From Synechococcus sp. (GTDB lineage: Bacteria > Cyanobacteriota > Cyanobacteriia > PCC-6307 > Cyanobiaceae), in the NCBI GenBank assembly GCA_047285805.1, contig JBJBCN010000003.1, positions 96,001 to 160,000 of the forward strand: DNA of 64,000 nt, written 5' to 3'. The notes beneath the pieces were generated by a model that made no database searches, had not been told where the DNA came from, and saw only the letters and a program-made list of their open reading frames with translations. The position numbers and the translations under genes are program-made. The stretch's first letter is position 1. Every line of letters starts with the position of its first letter. Shown here one piece after another: positions 35,224 to 45,807 of the stretch.

Positions 35224-36858
35224 CTACATCACTTCTGTGATGGAGATAATGCGACCACCACGTGAATGGATATATTTGAGTTGACTAGACATGTCCTTTC
35301 CAGAAACAAGATAGTTTGCATTAGGAGTTCTCTGGCGTCCACCCGCCGGTTGAGCTTGAACAACGATACGGAATCGCTTAGTTGTTGCAGAAGGGGATCC
35401 AGAAACAGCACTGTTCCGGTTTACACGAACAGTAGTGGTACGCCAACCACTAGGCACTGACTTGGTCGCGACCGAGGTAACTAGAGATGAGGCATTACTC
35501 ACAGAATCACTTGATGCATAGCCCTCGGCAAGAGACAGATGGCGGTTAAATGCCAGCTGTGATCGGCCCATTTCAGTAAGAATTCTCATATAGGGAACGA
35601 TATTTTCGCCGAAGGTATTTTGATACTCGGGAGAGTCAAGATAACTATTGATTTCTGCCTCATAGCCATCAGTAGCCAAGATCTGAATGTGATGGCTGAG
35701 TTCTTCCTGAGAGTTGGGCGCCCTACCTAGGAGGTGCTTGAAATTAAGCTCAACGAATCTGTAGGGAGCGTTTGGTTCAAAGAACCGCCTGGAATACTCA
35801 GGCGAAAGAGCAATGGCACGAACAAGCTCTCGGGTGCTGAGATAACCTTCAGCAAATTTACTTTCTGCAGAAAGTACTCTCTCAGACTCCATTAGGTGTG
35901 GATTACCCATCACCTGGCGATAGACCGCTCGTATTAAGCCATTGATTTGATCGGCGGTATCTCCAGCGCATCGCTCAAATACTTCTTGCTCGCGCTGGCC
36001 AAGTCCGAAGCCAACATATGCATCATTGCGAATTGGAGTGAAATCTCCACCGTCGCTTGATGCACGTTTCTTAGGAGCAAATGTAGAAGAAACGTTACCG
36101 GATCCAGTCGCGCTGTAAACCTGAGAAGGTATCTGAATAGAGGGAGCCCTGCCATAGGCTAAAGAAGTAGCCAATTGACTACGGGAACCGATCGCAGAAT
36201 CACTAATAGCAAAACCACGTTCGAGAGCAGCTATAGCTGCGAACCCACTAGTAGGAACTCCAGCGGCAGAAGTAAAGGAACGAGAATATGGAACTGTTTC
36301 ATCTCCGAAAACCTCAATGAATTCGGCGGAGTCGACTATGGAATCAATCACTGCATCATGCCCTGCGGATGACAACAAGGCGATGTGTGCCGACATTTCA
36401 GACTGACTCAAGGGTGGGCGACCCAAGAGATGCTTGAAATTTAGTTCAATACCCCTTTGAGGTGAAACACATTCAAAGAAACGTGACTTATAAAAAGAAG
36501 TCTTAGCTAAAGCTCTTACAAAGTTTCTAACAGTAAGTTCACCGTTGCCAAATTGAGCTTCCAACTCAATGGAACGCTCATTGTCCATCACATGTGCATT
36601 TCCATAAATTTGACGGTAAGAGGCTTGAATAGCAAGTTGTAGAGATTCAGAATCATGGGGTGAATAAGTCCTCACGGTGACTCGATGAGGACAATCTTCA
36701 TGATTACGGGGACCTGTAGCAATCTTCATGTTTGCGCAGGATTGCCGAAGAAACTCAGCATTAGATAATGCTGGTTTATCCATTCTGCTTGAATTTCGAC
36801 TGAATGAAACTGGTTCTGAATTTAGAGAAGCAGCACCAAAACCGTTTTTTGAGGACAT
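35224..36858 (-). CDS. mpeD: Two-domain PE-II/PE-I linker MpeD
   Basis: 544 aa with two linker domains; N-terminal SCANMKIATGPRNHEDCPH motif. Confidence 0.88.
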   Translation of the reverse strand: MSSKNGFGAASLNSEPVSFSRNSSRMDKPALSNAEFLRQSCANMKIATGPRNHEDCPHRVTVRTYSPHDSESLQLAIQASYRQIYGNAHVMDNERSIELEAQFGNGELTVRNFVRALAKTSFYKSRFFECVSPQRGIELNFKHLLGRPPLSQSEMSAHIALLSSAGHDAVIDSIVDSAEFIEVFGDETVPYSRSFTSAAGVPTSGFAAIAALERGFAISDSAIGSRSQLATSLAYGRAPSIQIPSQVYSATGSGNVSSTFAPKKRASSDGGDFTPIRNDAYVGFGLGQREQEVFERCAGDTADQINGLIRAVYRQVMGNPHLMESERVLSAESKFAEGYLSTRELVRAIALSPEYSRRFFEPNAPYRFVELNFKHLLGRAPNSQEELSHHIQILATDGYEAEINSYLDSPEYQNTFGENIVPYMRILTEMGRSQLAFNRHLSLAEGYASSDSVSNASSLVTSVATKSVPSGWRTTTVRVNRNSAVSGSPSATTKRFRIVVQAQPAGGRQRTPNANYLVSGKDMSSQLKYIHSRGGRIISITEVM

Positions 36859-36945
36859 GAGAAGAGACCGAATGGAGAGGGTAGTGAAGAGATCTAAATG
36901 CTCAGAGGGGATTGGCTCGGGAGCACTTAATGCGTGAACAGACTG

Positions 36946-37839
36946 TTAGTTAACAGGGGTAATGCTTGCGATCTTGCCGCCTTCGGCATGAATGCGAATA
37001 AATTGCTCAGACAATTTATTGAATGGAACAAAATAAACTCGATTTGATCTTGTATATCGAGAAACTCGGCGCACTTTATTAGAACTATAACCAGTCACTT
37101 CGACTCTGAAAGTTTTACCTTCATCGCCAGCACCGAATCCATGACGCGAAGCAGCGTCTTGAAGGTTCTTTGATGGCCTGAAGCTCCATCCCTGAGCTTC
37201 GAGTGAGGAAGGTGGGACAACTGGAATGGGGCGATTCTGATAGGCAGCACCCCCAAGTTTGCTTGTAATACCTGAGAGATCACCCTTTAGGCTGCTGCTG
37301 CTATTGCCGCGTAGAAGTTGGAAACTCCAGGTGAACTCCTGCATTGTTTGACAAGATTCGGTCTTCCAGCCCCGCTGATAAGGGACTGTCCACTCGCCAA
37401 ATGTGTCCTGATAGTCTGTCGAATCGAGGAAACTATCGATATCAGCTTCATATCCATGTGAATCAAGGCGTTCCGCATGAACTCTCATTTCCGCGAAATC
37501 AACAGGGGCTCGTCCTAACAGGTGACGAAATGCAAGCTCGATATATCGATAGCGTGGGCACGCGTCAAAAAAGCGCTCTCTATAAAGATCACTTTTAGCG
37601 ATGCGACGTACGAGTTCACGGACGCTAATCTCGCCTAGCTTGAACTGAGATTCAGCTACCAACTGACGCTCGCTATCCATAACGTATGCGTTGCCAAGTA
37701 CTTGCTTGTAAATGGCTCGGACAATCATTTCCTTCCGAGAGTCGTCATCGCCAGGGATCAGCTCAAGAGGAGCTTCGCTCTCTTGAGAGAAACGCTCGAC
37801 CCCTAGGAGCGCTGCAGGACCAAAAGGCATGAACGTCAT
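36946..37839 (-). CDS. cpeC: PE-associated rod linker CpeC
   Basis: MPFGPA.LLGV, YKQVLGNAYVMDSER and VPYQRGWKTE motifs. Confidence 0.9.
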   Translation of the reverse strand: MTFMPFGPAALLGVERFSQESEAPLELIPGDDDSRKEMIVRAIYKQVLGNAYVMDSERQLVAESQFKLGEISVRELVRRIAKSDLYRERFFDACPRYRYIELAFRHLLGRAPVDFAEMRVHAERLDSHGYEADIDSFLDSTDYQDTFGEWTVPYQRGWKTESCQTMQEFTWSFQLLRGNSSSSLKGDLSGITSKLGGAAYQNRPIPVVPPSSLEAQGWSFRPSKNLQDAASRHGFGAGDEGKTFRVEVTGYSSNKVRRVSRYTRSNRVYFVPFNKLSEQFIRIHAEGGKIASITPVN

Positions 37840-37982
37840 GGATAGGTGAGTCCATCCATCGTCTTGCAGAAAAAGGGCGTGGCGCCGCCATCTACATAAA
37901 GCTCAATCAAATATGACCGTTTGTTGCGTGACTCAAGCTGGAGGAGGCCTGCTGACGGCTAGGAGAACTGGAAAAACCCAGT

Positions 37983-38660
37983 TCAGGAAAGGGATTCAAG
38001 GCTAAGTCTTGTCGTGCTACGGGTTAGCGGGTTCCAGCAATCCAACTCCTCAACAGGGCGGGCAAGGAGAACAGACCTCAGATCATCGAGGCCTTGTGTA
38101 AGGGAGAAGTCCGCGCCTTTGATGGACTCCACAGTCTCTAGTGATGCACCTGTGAGGTCAGCACCTCTGAAATCAGCCTGATCGAGCTGAGCATTCCCAA
38201 ACCTAGTTCCCCTACACATGGCGCCTCGGAAAACAGCTGATCTCAAGTCAGAGCCGGCTAGGCTTACTCTATCTAGGATGGCGCCGGAAAGATCTGCTCC
38301 ACTGAGATAAGCACCAATGAGGTTTGCACCCCTAAAATCCATACCCCGAAGATCAGCGGCATTTAAGAAAGCTCCATTTAATTTTGCACCTGGTCCAACC
38401 GCACCGGAAGAGCGATAGTCAAAATCATTGGGAAATATAGTCTTACTATCATATCTTGCAAGTCTAATATCAACCCCATTTAGTTGGCACATCTGAAGAT
38501 CTGTGCCTCGGAGGTCTACACGACATAAATTTGAATCAGAAAGATCAAGACTGCCTAAAGATAAGCCAGACCAATCAGCCCCACGAGCGTCAATGGGTTT
38601 TCCGTGGGTTCTTGTTGGAGTAACACTTTCTGGGGGCAACCAAGATAGGCGGTCAAGCAT
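37983..38660 (-). CDS. Pentapeptide repeat protein
   Basis: Repeated A(D/N)LxG units. Confidence 0.85.
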   Translation of the reverse strand: MLDRLSWLPPESVTPTRTHGKPIDARGADWSGLSLGSLDLSDSNLCRVDLRGTDLQMCQLNGVDIRLARYDSKTIFPNDFDYRSSGAVGPGAKLNGAFLNAADLRGMDFRGANLIGAYLSGADLSGAILDRVSLAGSDLRSAVFRGAMCRGTRFGNAQLDQADFRGADLTGASLETVESIKGADFSLTQGLDDLRSVLLARPVEELDCWNPLTRSTTRLSLESLS

Positions 38661-38684
38661 AAACAGATTTACTATTTTTTCATC

Positions 38685-39392
38685 CTAATGCCTCAGGGCG
38701 GCCCAAGCAAGGGCAATGACAACTCGACTGACTTCAAAACCTCCAACTATTGCAAATGCAAGCCAAACTTTGAGAGCCCATTCAGGAGGCTGGCCATTTT
38801 GCCACGTATCGGAAACTTTTCCGAACTGGACAAAGATTGCGTTTGGAGAAGGGGCTCTGCTAGCGAGGGAATCTCGCCAGTCAGCACCATAACGAGGAAA
38901 TTTCTGATAAATCGGCATTTCACCAGTCCGCCATCCTTTGAGCGTTCTCGCTCTCTGATAAGGAACACAGTCATACCCGAAGTTGCCTAAGTATTCTGAA
39001 CTATCTAGAATCAAATCCACAAATGACTCAAACCCACTTTCGGCAATAACAATAGAATACTTAATTCTTTCCTGATCTGAATATGGCTCTCGGCCCAATG
39101 CGCGACCAATAACCTGGTCAACTATTCTATAATTCGAATTGCATTGATAGTAGTCGGACAAAAAGCGCTTCGACAGAAGCAGGCCTCTAACAAAGTCACG
39201 AGCAGTAATCGAACCAGAAAGATACTGAGATTCTAAGGACGGTTCTCTGTCAAATTTAAAAGCATGAAAGAATATCTGCTTGTAGGCCTTCTCGATTACC
39301 AGATAACGAGAATCGGTCCTGTTCTCAGAGGTGGCAGCGCCGCTAACTCGTGAATTCTGAGTTGAATATTCTGTCTCAAGCAGAGGTAACAT
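38685..39392 (-). CDS. cpcL: Rod-membrane linker CpcL (CpcG2)
   Basis: CpcG-type STQNSRV, YKQIFFHAF and FPRYG motifs, plus a hydrophobic C-terminal helix. Confidence 0.8.
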   Translation of the reverse strand: MLPLLETEYSTQNSRVSGAATSENRTDSRYLVIEKAYKQIFFHAFKFDREPSLESQYLSGSITARDFVRGLLLSKRFLSDYYQCNSNYRIVDQVIGRALGREPYSDQERIKYSIVIAESGFESFVDLILDSSEYLGNFGYDCVPYQRARTLKGWRTGEMPIYQKFPRYGADWRDSLASRAPSPNAIFVQFGKVSDTWQNGQPPEWALKVWLAFAIVGGFEVSRVVIALAWAALRH

Positions 39393-39462
39393 TTCTGGAT
39401 GCAAGTCAATATTCTGATTTTGCCAGCAAAGGCTAGAAATTTGCCGGGAGACTTCTTACGAC

Positions 39463-40044
39463 TTAACAATCACTCTTGAAAAGGGCCGACTCCAGATGCT
39501 CAAAAGCTAACTTTAAGGTCTGTAAAGTGAATGTCTTTCCGTTCGCGCGCTCGAAACACTCGCATACAGAGCCCTTTAACTCAACTAATGCATACTGGAG
39601 CCCATCGCTAGGGACATTCAAGAGCCTATAAAGCTCTTTAAGAGCTTCTACTGATTTTTTATCGGTAAAATCGGGGTGGTTAATGGCAACAGAATAAACA
39701 ATGACACGATAAAAGTTTTCGCAATCACGCCAACAGGTCATAGCTCTCTCTGGGGTTGAGAGAGCGCCACCTGTTTCAAACAGGTGTGGAAACTGAGTCA
39801 AGAGCTTTGATTTCGCCTTTTGAATGCATACAGAACTCATATTTTTTATAGAAATAACTTCGCGGTATGATGAGCCAGAAATTTTGGAGATATCGATAAT
39901 CTCAGTGTCGGTAAGATGTCTTTTCTCCTCATCTGCTTGGCATAGGTACTGCCAAGTGTGCGAAGGTAGGTACTTAAACTTCTGTAACGGAAAGACCGTT
40001 GCTGTGGATATTAGATATTGCAAATAGGAGTCGCGGTCAGCCAT
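39463..40044 (-). CDS. aplA: Allophycocyanin-like protein (AplA-like)
   Basis: Globin-like phycobiliprotein pattern (QADEEKRHL, CWRDCENFYRVIVY); start uncertain. Confidence 0.7.
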   Translation of the reverse strand: MADRDSYLQYLISTATVFPLQKFKYLPSHTWQYLCQADEEKRHLTDTEIIDISKISGSSYREVISIKNMSSVCIQKAKSKLLTQFPHLFETGGALSTPERAMTCWRDCENFYRVIVYSVAINHPDFTDKKSVEALKELYRLLNVPSDGLQYALVELKGSVCECFERANGKTFTLQTLKLAFEHLESALFKSDC

Positions 40045-40430
40045 CCGTGCCTCTCGAAATACAACGCCCATGCAATATTTGCAATTATACCCGGACATTT
40101 ATCGAGAGCCATAAGAGCAAGATTCTCTGTAACTCCAAGATCAACTAGCAACTCCACGAACTGACTTCTTGATTGAATGCTTTCAGTCCTAATAGCAGAA
40201 CCAACAATCCATGTAAGCCTTGTTGAGCGTAAGCTACCAGATGAGTTTTCGCAGGCCAACAATAGATTGGCAGATTCTCCCTTAACAGCTGCTTCTTCTT
40301 GCCACATCAGAATATAGTCTTCTCTAAGGTCAATACGAAGGACTTCTCCAGATTTATCAAATTTGAGCTCTCTCTCTCCTCCTGATAGCAGGCGAAGTCT
40401 ATCTATCCCTGGATCAAGGAGCCTCTTCAT
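40011..40430 (-). CDS. Conserved hypothetical protein of the PBS cluster
   Basis: ESANLLLACE and LTWIVGSAIR motifs; between cpcT and aplA. Confidence 0.7.
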   Translation of the reverse strand: MKRLLDPGIDRLRLLSGGERELKFDKSGEVLRIDLREDYILMWQEEAAVKGESANLLLACENSSGSLRSTRLTWIVGSAIRTESIQSRSQFVELLVDLGVTENLALMALDKCPGIIANIAWALYFERHGWLTATPICNI

Positions 40431-40457
40431 TGCTCAGTGAGCAGTGCTTTTTCAAAT

Positions 40458-41114
40458 TTAACCCCAACTGCTCGGGACCTCGTCACTCCAGTCGCAAACC
40501 TTTTCAAACATAAATGGACCCGCAATGCACCCCCACAAGTGTTCATGGGTAGACGGATCATAGCCGCGGTCAATAGTGCGCATTGTTTTTGGGGTCAACT
40601 CAAACTGACTTAGTAAATAAGATTCACGACCCTTTCTGACGACTCGGCACTGGCACCCAGGCTGGACATTGCCAATAAAGCCTTCATTTGTCTTTTCTAT
40701 TAAATAGCTACATCCTTCAAGAGGAAGAAGATCATTCTCCTTAAGAAGGCTAAGTTTATTAATGTCTTCGACGGCAGAAAAGAAACGCTCTGGTGAATCA
40801 ATGGAAAAGTTTGATACCGCCAAAGAGCCATCATCATAGTAACTTGGCCGTAAAACTCTGACTCTATACGGGTCTCTTGGAGCAACTGCATAAGCCTGCT
40901 CCAAGAAAAGACTTGGAATTTGAAAATGCTGAATTGGCTTAATTCTTATGATTATGTTTCCATATAAAGGAGGGTTTTCGAACGCTTGGGCTTGGTTGCT
41001 AAAGCTTCCAGACAACATTCGACCCAGGTCGCCAATATGATTCATCTGCGTCACTTTTTTCGAGCTAAGGCCTAGTCCTTCAATTTTGCCATTGTAATTT
41101 ACTATCTTTGTCAC
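40458..41114 (-). CDS. cpcT: T-type phycocyanin beta-Cys153 lyase (CpcT-like)
   Basis: FSNQAQAFENPP, LEQAY, PYRVRV, LEGC, TIDRGYDP and WG..AGPF motifs. Confidence 0.78.
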   Translation of the reverse strand: MTKIVNYNGKIEGLGLSSKKVTQMNHIGDLGRMLSGSFSNQAQAFENPPLYGNIIIRIKPIQHFQIPSLFLEQAYAVAPRDPYRVRVLRPSYYDDGSLAVSNFSIDSPERFFSAVEDINKLSLLKENDLLPLEGCSYLIEKTNEGFIGNVQPGCQCRVVRKGRESYLLSQFELTPKTMRTIDRGYDPSTHEHLWGCIAGPFMFEKVCDWSDEVPSSWG

Positions 41115-41226
41115 ATCAAATAATGTACAAACATTGTCACCTAAGCAAAGTGAAATTGCCGCATAGGTCTGGCAGTTGCGTCTTTCCCCAAAGCCGATAC
41201 TATCCGGCTAATTACAATTTCGTCAC

Positions 41227-41619
41227 ATGTCGGCAGGATCTTCGGCCAACCCTGAGTCCCACTCTCAAGCCAATGTCCTTGCGTCATTAAGCCAAAGCCT
41301 GGAAGCGCTAAGCGCCATTGGCGAGTCCTTGACATTTCGATTGCTTGAACTTGAGCAAAGGCTCGGAGCTCTCGAAGACAGCACCAATCAACTTGGAAAG
41401 ATCGAGCCAACAGAAGGACTGCATCAAGAAACAGCCTCTACTCTTGAGGCCACTGAGCGCCGCATTGCCCGGCTTGAAGATTTACTCACCAACCCAACCC
41501 AGATCCAACAGGCACACTCTGAAGCTCTTGAAAAAGTTCAGAACGAAGAGGAGTTCATCGAAGAAAATCCATTCCCTGATGAAGTTGAACAGCCCTTTAT
41601 GGATGAATTCGCGGCTTGA
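41227..41619 (+). CDS. Conserved coiled-coil hypothetical protein with acidic tail
   Basis: ESLTFRLLELEQRL and TERRIARLEDLL motifs. Confidence 0.7.
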   Translation: MSAGSSANPESHSQANVLASLSQSLEALSAIGESLTFRLLELEQRLGALEDSTNQLGKIEPTEGLHQETASTLEATERRIARLEDLLTNPTQIQQAHSEALEKVQNEEEFIEENPFPDEVEQPFMDEFAA

Positions 41620-41648
41620 ACAATGGCAGGAACCCAGGTCAAATCGAA

Positions 41649-41894
41649 CTAGAGACCAAAGAGACGAAGCCTGAAGTCAGCAACTTGGGCGGCGACCTTC
41701 GGATTGCTTAGAAAGAATGGATGATCAGAGCACGCCTGAATCGCCAGCTCTTTCTTCTCTTGCAAACTCAGATTGTCGTGAGCTCCCGTGCTCGCCTGGC
41801 GCTTGAAGGCGGCATCGAAGACCATCCCGAAACTGTCGGCGTTATCAAAGAGCTCACCCGGCTTGTCTGGAAGGCTGATTGGCATAAGTACCAT
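41649..41894 (-). CDS. Conserved hypothetical protein next to tRNA-Phe
   Basis: LFDNADSFGMVFD...DHPF...VADFRLRL; start trimmed to avoid the tRNA. Confidence 0.7.
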   Translation of the reverse strand: MVLMPISLPDKPGELFDNADSFGMVFDAAFKRQASTGAHDNLSLQEKKELAIQACSDHPFFLSNPKVAAQVADFRLRLFGL

Positions 41895-41924
41895 TCTACC
41901 AAGCGAAAATATTGAGCTGATGAA

Positions 41925-41997
41925 TGCCAGGACCCAGATTTGAACTGGGGACACGGCGATTTTCAATCGCCTGCTCTACCAACTGAGCTATCCCGGC
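41925..41997 (-). tRNA. trnF: tRNA-Phe(GAA)
   Basis: GCCGGGATAGCTCAGTTGGTAGAGCAGGCGATTGAAAATCGCCGTGTCCCCAGTTCAAATCTGGGTCCTGGCA. Confidence 0.96.
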
Positions 41998-42063
41998 CCG
42001 TCGCTCGTGCGACGACCTAATCCTAGATCACAGCCCGCCCTCCCAGAGCCTTTGGGAAGGCCT

Positions 42064-42351
42064 TTAGGCCTTAGGCATGGCCCGCAACATGGAAACCAGC
42101 GTTCGGTGGGCGTCCTCACTATCGGTCAGGGTGTGGTCAAAGCGGACTTCCACGCAAGCGCCATCAACCTCAAGCTCCATCACCTCGGGACGGACGGCCA
42201 TCATCCGTGCCGAGACAGGTGCCTCGACACCTCCGTAGTGACGCGCATAGGCGAGAACGGCTTCGGCATGGTCGTCGTTCATGTGCTTACAAATCCGATC
42301 GCTCACGGCGGGAGTGAGAGGGTCAGCGGACATCGAGGCACAACAGCTCAA
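42064..42351 (-). CDS. DUF2470 domain (heme utilization-like) protein
   Basis: RICKHMNDDHAEAV motif. Confidence 0.8.
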   Translation of the reverse strand: MSCCASMSADPLTPAVSDRICKHMNDDHAEAVLAYARHYGGVEAPVSARMMAVRPEVMELEVDGACVEVRFDHTLTDSEDAHRTLVSMLRAMPKA

Positions 42352-42375
42352 GGCGGATTGATTCTGCCCCCTTCC

Positions 42376-42495
42376 CTAGGCCCCTGCGAACCGCTGCCAC
42401 AGCAGAAGCCCCAGGCGGACACCGGAGAAGCCGACGTACCCCGCAAGAATCACGAACAACGCAATGGAGAGCCAGGAGGCGAGGCGTTCCTTCAC
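42376..42495 (-). CDS. Small single-TM hypothetical protein
   Basis: [36 protein letters not shown]; start uncertain. Confidence 0.5.
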   Translation of the reverse strand: MKERLASWLSIALFVILAGYVGFSGVRLGLLLWQRFAGA

Positions 42496-43751
42496 AGGAG
42501 AGACATTGCAGAAAGTGCCAGTCTGGCCATGCCCGAAGCCGCGGTGGAGTGGGCTCGGTTCAGCACCGGAACCCCCAGGATCCGTTGACGGATCAGCCGC
42601 CACTGGGGATTGCGGGCCCCGCCCCCCAGGCTGATCACCCGCTGAATCGGCTCAGCCCCGACGCGATGGAGGGCCGCCCAGCCCTTGGCCTCGATCTCCG
42701 CCAAGCCCTCCAGCAGCCCCTGCAGATAGAGGGCATCGCTGATGGGCCGTGGCTCGAGGACCGGCGACAGGCTCGGGTCGTCCACCGGGAAGCGCTCCCC
42801 CGGGCGAGGCAGAGGCCGCAAGGTCAAGCCGCTGCTTCTGCGGGGATCGATCTGGCGGCTCAATTCAACGAGCAGGGCATCGGGAAAGAACTGGCGCAAG
42901 ACACCGGCCCCGGCGTTGGAGGCACCCCCGACGAGCCAGCGACCCGCAACGCGATGGGAACTGATGCCAGGGCCTGCTAGCGGAATCTCGGAAAATTGCT
43001 TGAGCACCAGGGTGGTGCCCAGCACCGTGATCCCATCGCCAGGCTGGGGATCAGCGGCCAACACCGCCGCGTTGGCATCGGTGCTACCCGCGACCACCTG
43101 GCAGGGGGCGGGCAATCCCAGGGCACTGCTGGCTTCCGAGGACAACGGACCGAGCACCACGCCCGACGCCACCACCTCAGGCAGGGCCCCACTCCAGGGC
43201 TGTTGAGCAATGACGCCCTGCCAGCGCCTCTGGCCCAGATCCCATCCCAAGCGGAGGTTGTTTCCCTCCTCACCGAATCGCCAATCCCCCAGCAGCCAAC
43301 CACTGAGCCAATCGGCTTGATGGCGCACGAGAAACCGCTCGCCGCTGGAGCTGGCGAGCAAGCGCAGCACCCGGGCTAAGCTTCCAGTGGCACTGCCCGC
43401 GGGCACCAAAGTGCTGCCCGCCAACTCAGCCGCCGCTTGGGCCTGCTCCGGGCAAGCGAGGAAATAGGGCAAAGCGCATCCGCGGGGATCCCCATTGGCT
43501 GCGCAGGCGAGGACAGTACCGGAGGTGCCATCGACGGCCACCGCCGCCACCCGATCACGCAGGTCCTCAGGAAGGGCGGCGCAGAGCGCGATTAACCCCT
43601 GTCGCCAGCCCAGGGGATCTTCAAAGGAGCCGGGGTAGTCGCTGGATCGCTCCGCTAACACGGTGCCGGAGCGATCCAGGACGGCCAAACGCAAGCCACT
43701 GGTACCCAGGTCAATTCCCAGGCCCAGGGGCTCACGGCCGGTTGCGATCAA
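42492..43751 (-). CDS. FGGY-family carbohydrate kinase
   Basis: [23 protein letters not shown] and GGGARN motifs. Confidence 0.88.
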   Translation of the reverse strand: MIATGREPLGLGIDLGTSGLRLAVLDRSGTVLAERSSDYPGSFEDPLGWRQGLIALCAALPEDLRDRVAAVAVDGTSGTVLACAANGDPRGCALPYFLACPEQAQAAAELAGSTLVPAGSATGSLARVLRLLASSSGERFLVRHQADWLSGWLLGDWRFGEEGNNLRLGWDLGQRRWQGVIAQQPWSGALPEVVASGVVLGPLSSEASSALGLPAPCQVVAGSTDANAAVLAADPQPGDGITVLGTTLVLKQFSEIPLAGPGISSHRVAGRWLVGGASNAGAGVLRQFFPDALLVELSRQIDPRRSSGLTLRPLPRPGERFPVDDPSLSPVLEPRPISDALYLQGLLEGLAEIEAKGWAALHRVGAEPIQRVISLGGGARNPQWRLIRQRILGVPVLNRAHSTAASGMARLALSAMSLL

Positions 43752-44983
43752 GCCGCTTGGGCTGCCTTCAAGATGGCGGCGACAGCGTCGACGTTCTCCC
43801 AGGGGAGGTTCAGATCACTGCGGCCAAAGTGGCCGTAGGCAGCCACGTCTTGATAGAAGGTTCCGCCACGCTGCTGGGGCAGATTGCGCAGGCTGAAGGT
43901 GTCGATGATCGCGCCGGGGCGCAGATCGAAGTGCTCCTGCACCAACGCGGTCAGCGCGTCATTGCTCACGACACCCGTGCCAAAGCTCTCCACCAGGATG
44001 CTGACGGGCTTGGCGACACCGATGGCGTAGCTCAGCTGCACTTCAGCCTTGCGGGCAAGACCAGCAGCCACGAGGGCCTTCGCCACATAACGGGCGGCGT
44101 AGGCCGCGGAGCGGTCCACCTTGGTGGGATCTTTGCCGGAGAAGGCGCCACCGCCGTGGCGGGCATAACCGCCGTAAGTATCCACGATGATTTTGCGGCC
44201 CGTCAGGCCAGCATCCCCTTGGGGGCCGCCGACCACAAATTTGCCGGTGGGGTTCACCAGGAAACGGGTACCGTCCTTGGAGGGCTTAAGGGTCAGGTCC
44301 GCGGTAGCCGGCTCAACCACATGGGCCCAGAGGTCAGCGGAGATGCGCTCGCGAATGGCCTTCTCCTCGCTCACTCCGTCGATCTCGGAGATGTGCTGGG
44401 TGGAGATCAAGATCGTGTCGATCGCCACGGGCTGGTCGTTCTCGTAGACGACGCTGACCTGGGTTTTGCCATCCGGCAGCAGGTACGGGAGGGTGCCGTT
44501 GTGGCGCACCTGGGCCAGGCGAAGGGAGAGACGGTGGGCCAGGCTGATGGGCAGCGGCATCAGCTCCGGCGTCTCGTTGCAGGCGTAGCCAAACATGATG
44601 CCCTGGTCTCCGGCACCCACCAAGTCCAGAGGATCCCCGGCGTGGTCGTCGGCCTCATTCACCCCCTGGGCGATGTCTGGCGACTGCTGATCAAGAGCCA
44701 CCAGAACAGCGCAGCTGTTGGCATCGAAACCACCAGCGCGGGCACCGGAGTAGCCAATCTTCTCGATTACACCGCGCACGAGCCCGATGTAATCGACCTT
44801 GGCGGTGGTCGTCACTTCGCCGGTGATCAGGCAAAGACCGGTGTTGACGACGGTTTCGCAGGCGACCCGAGAGGCGGTGTCCTGGGCCAACAGGGCGTCC
44901 AGCACCGCATCGCTCACCTGGTCGCAGATCTTGTCGGGGTGACCTTCGGTCACCGACTCCGAGGTGAAGACGTAACGGCTCAT
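43748..44983 (-). CDS. metK: S-adenosylmethionine synthetase
   Basis: [19 protein letters not shown] and GGGAFSGKD motifs; start at ATG 44983. Confidence 0.97.
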   Translation of the reverse strand: MSRYVFTSESVTEGHPDKICDQVSDAVLDALLAQDTASRVACETVVNTGLCLITGEVTTTAKVDYIGLVRGVIEKIGYSGARAGGFDANSCAVLVALDQQSPDIAQGVNEADDHAGDPLDLVGAGDQGIMFGYACNETPELMPLPISLAHRLSLRLAQVRHNGTLPYLLPDGKTQVSVVYENDQPVAIDTILISTQHISEIDGVSEEKAIRERISADLWAHVVEPATADLTLKPSKDGTRFLVNPTGKFVVGGPQGDAGLTGRKIIVDTYGGYARHGGGAFSGKDPTKVDRSAAYAARYVAKALVAAGLARKAEVQLSYAIGVAKPVSILVESFGTGVVSNDALTALVQEHFDLRPGAIIDTFSLRNLPQQRGGTFYQDVAAYGHFGRSDLNLPWENVDAVAAILKAAQAA

Positions 44984-45015
44984 GCCTGAACTGGTCGGTT
45001 CATTTGAGAGCCAAC

Positions 45016-45798
45016 CTAGGGGAAAGAGCCCACACTCAATTCGCTCCAGGCATGCACCAGGGGATGGGGTTCCGCTAACGGGGGCGGTGTGCGCCAAGCC
45101 GCTGTGTAGCCCAAGGCCAAGGGATGGGGGATCCCCGCAGCAACGGCCATGCGTAGATCGCTGTTGGCATCGCCGATCAGGGCACAGCGATTCGGCTGAA
45201 CACCCAGCTCTGCACAGAGGCCATGCACTGCCGCAGGGTCAGGTTTGCGGGGACGATGCTCCGCGCTCCAAAGGCCCGAGAAGAACGAGCGCAGGCCGTG
45301 GGCGGCCAAAAAGTGCTCAATGCCGGCCATGTCGTCGTTGCTGATCACGGCGCAACGCACCCCGGCTGCCTGCAATTGCTCAAGCCATGGCACGAGCCCC
45401 TCGGTGGTGGAGCTCGTCGGGGTCGAGGAAGCGGCTGAGCGGCGGGCATCGGCGGCATCGGCCTGGGCAAACACCTCCTCGCTGATCGCCAGCGCCTCAG
45501 GCCAGCCCAAACCCACTTGAACCAGAGCCGTCGCCGTGGCGATCAGGTTGTGGTCGCGGCACGCTACCGCCGTGATCCCGGTCGGACAGACGCCTTCAGA
45601 CCGCAAGCCATAGGCGCGTTTAAGCAAATCCATGAGCGTCTCACGCCGCTCATCGGGGACGTGCTCCAGACAGAGAAAAACCCTGGCTTCAGCCAGGGTG
45701 AACAGCTGGGGCTCACTGATGCTGAGGGTACCGTCCTTGTCGAACAGCACCGAATCAATGGCTCCAAGCTCCGTGCCACGCAACAGGAGCTCAACCAT
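45016..45798 (-). CDS. HAD-superfamily hydrolase
   Basis: FDKDGTL, KPDP and IGD...D motifs. Confidence 0.88.
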   Translation of the reverse strand: MVELLLRGTELGAIDSVLFDKDGTLSISEPQLFTLAEARVFLCLEHVPDERRETLMDLLKRAYGLRSEGVCPTGITAVACRDHNLIATATALVQVGLGWPEALAISEEVFAQADAADARRSAASSTPTSSTTEGLVPWLEQLQAAGVRCAVISNDDMAGIEHFLAAHGLRSFFSGLWSAEHRPRKPDPAAVHGLCAELGVQPNRCALIGDANSDLRMAVAAGIPHPLALGYTAAWRTPPPLAEPHPLVHAWSELSVGSFP

Positions 45799-45807
45799 GA
45801 CTCAGCT

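Noticed and set aside
35224..36858. Double-length linker as a novel fusion
   Set aside because: Matches the described two-domain MpeD architecture
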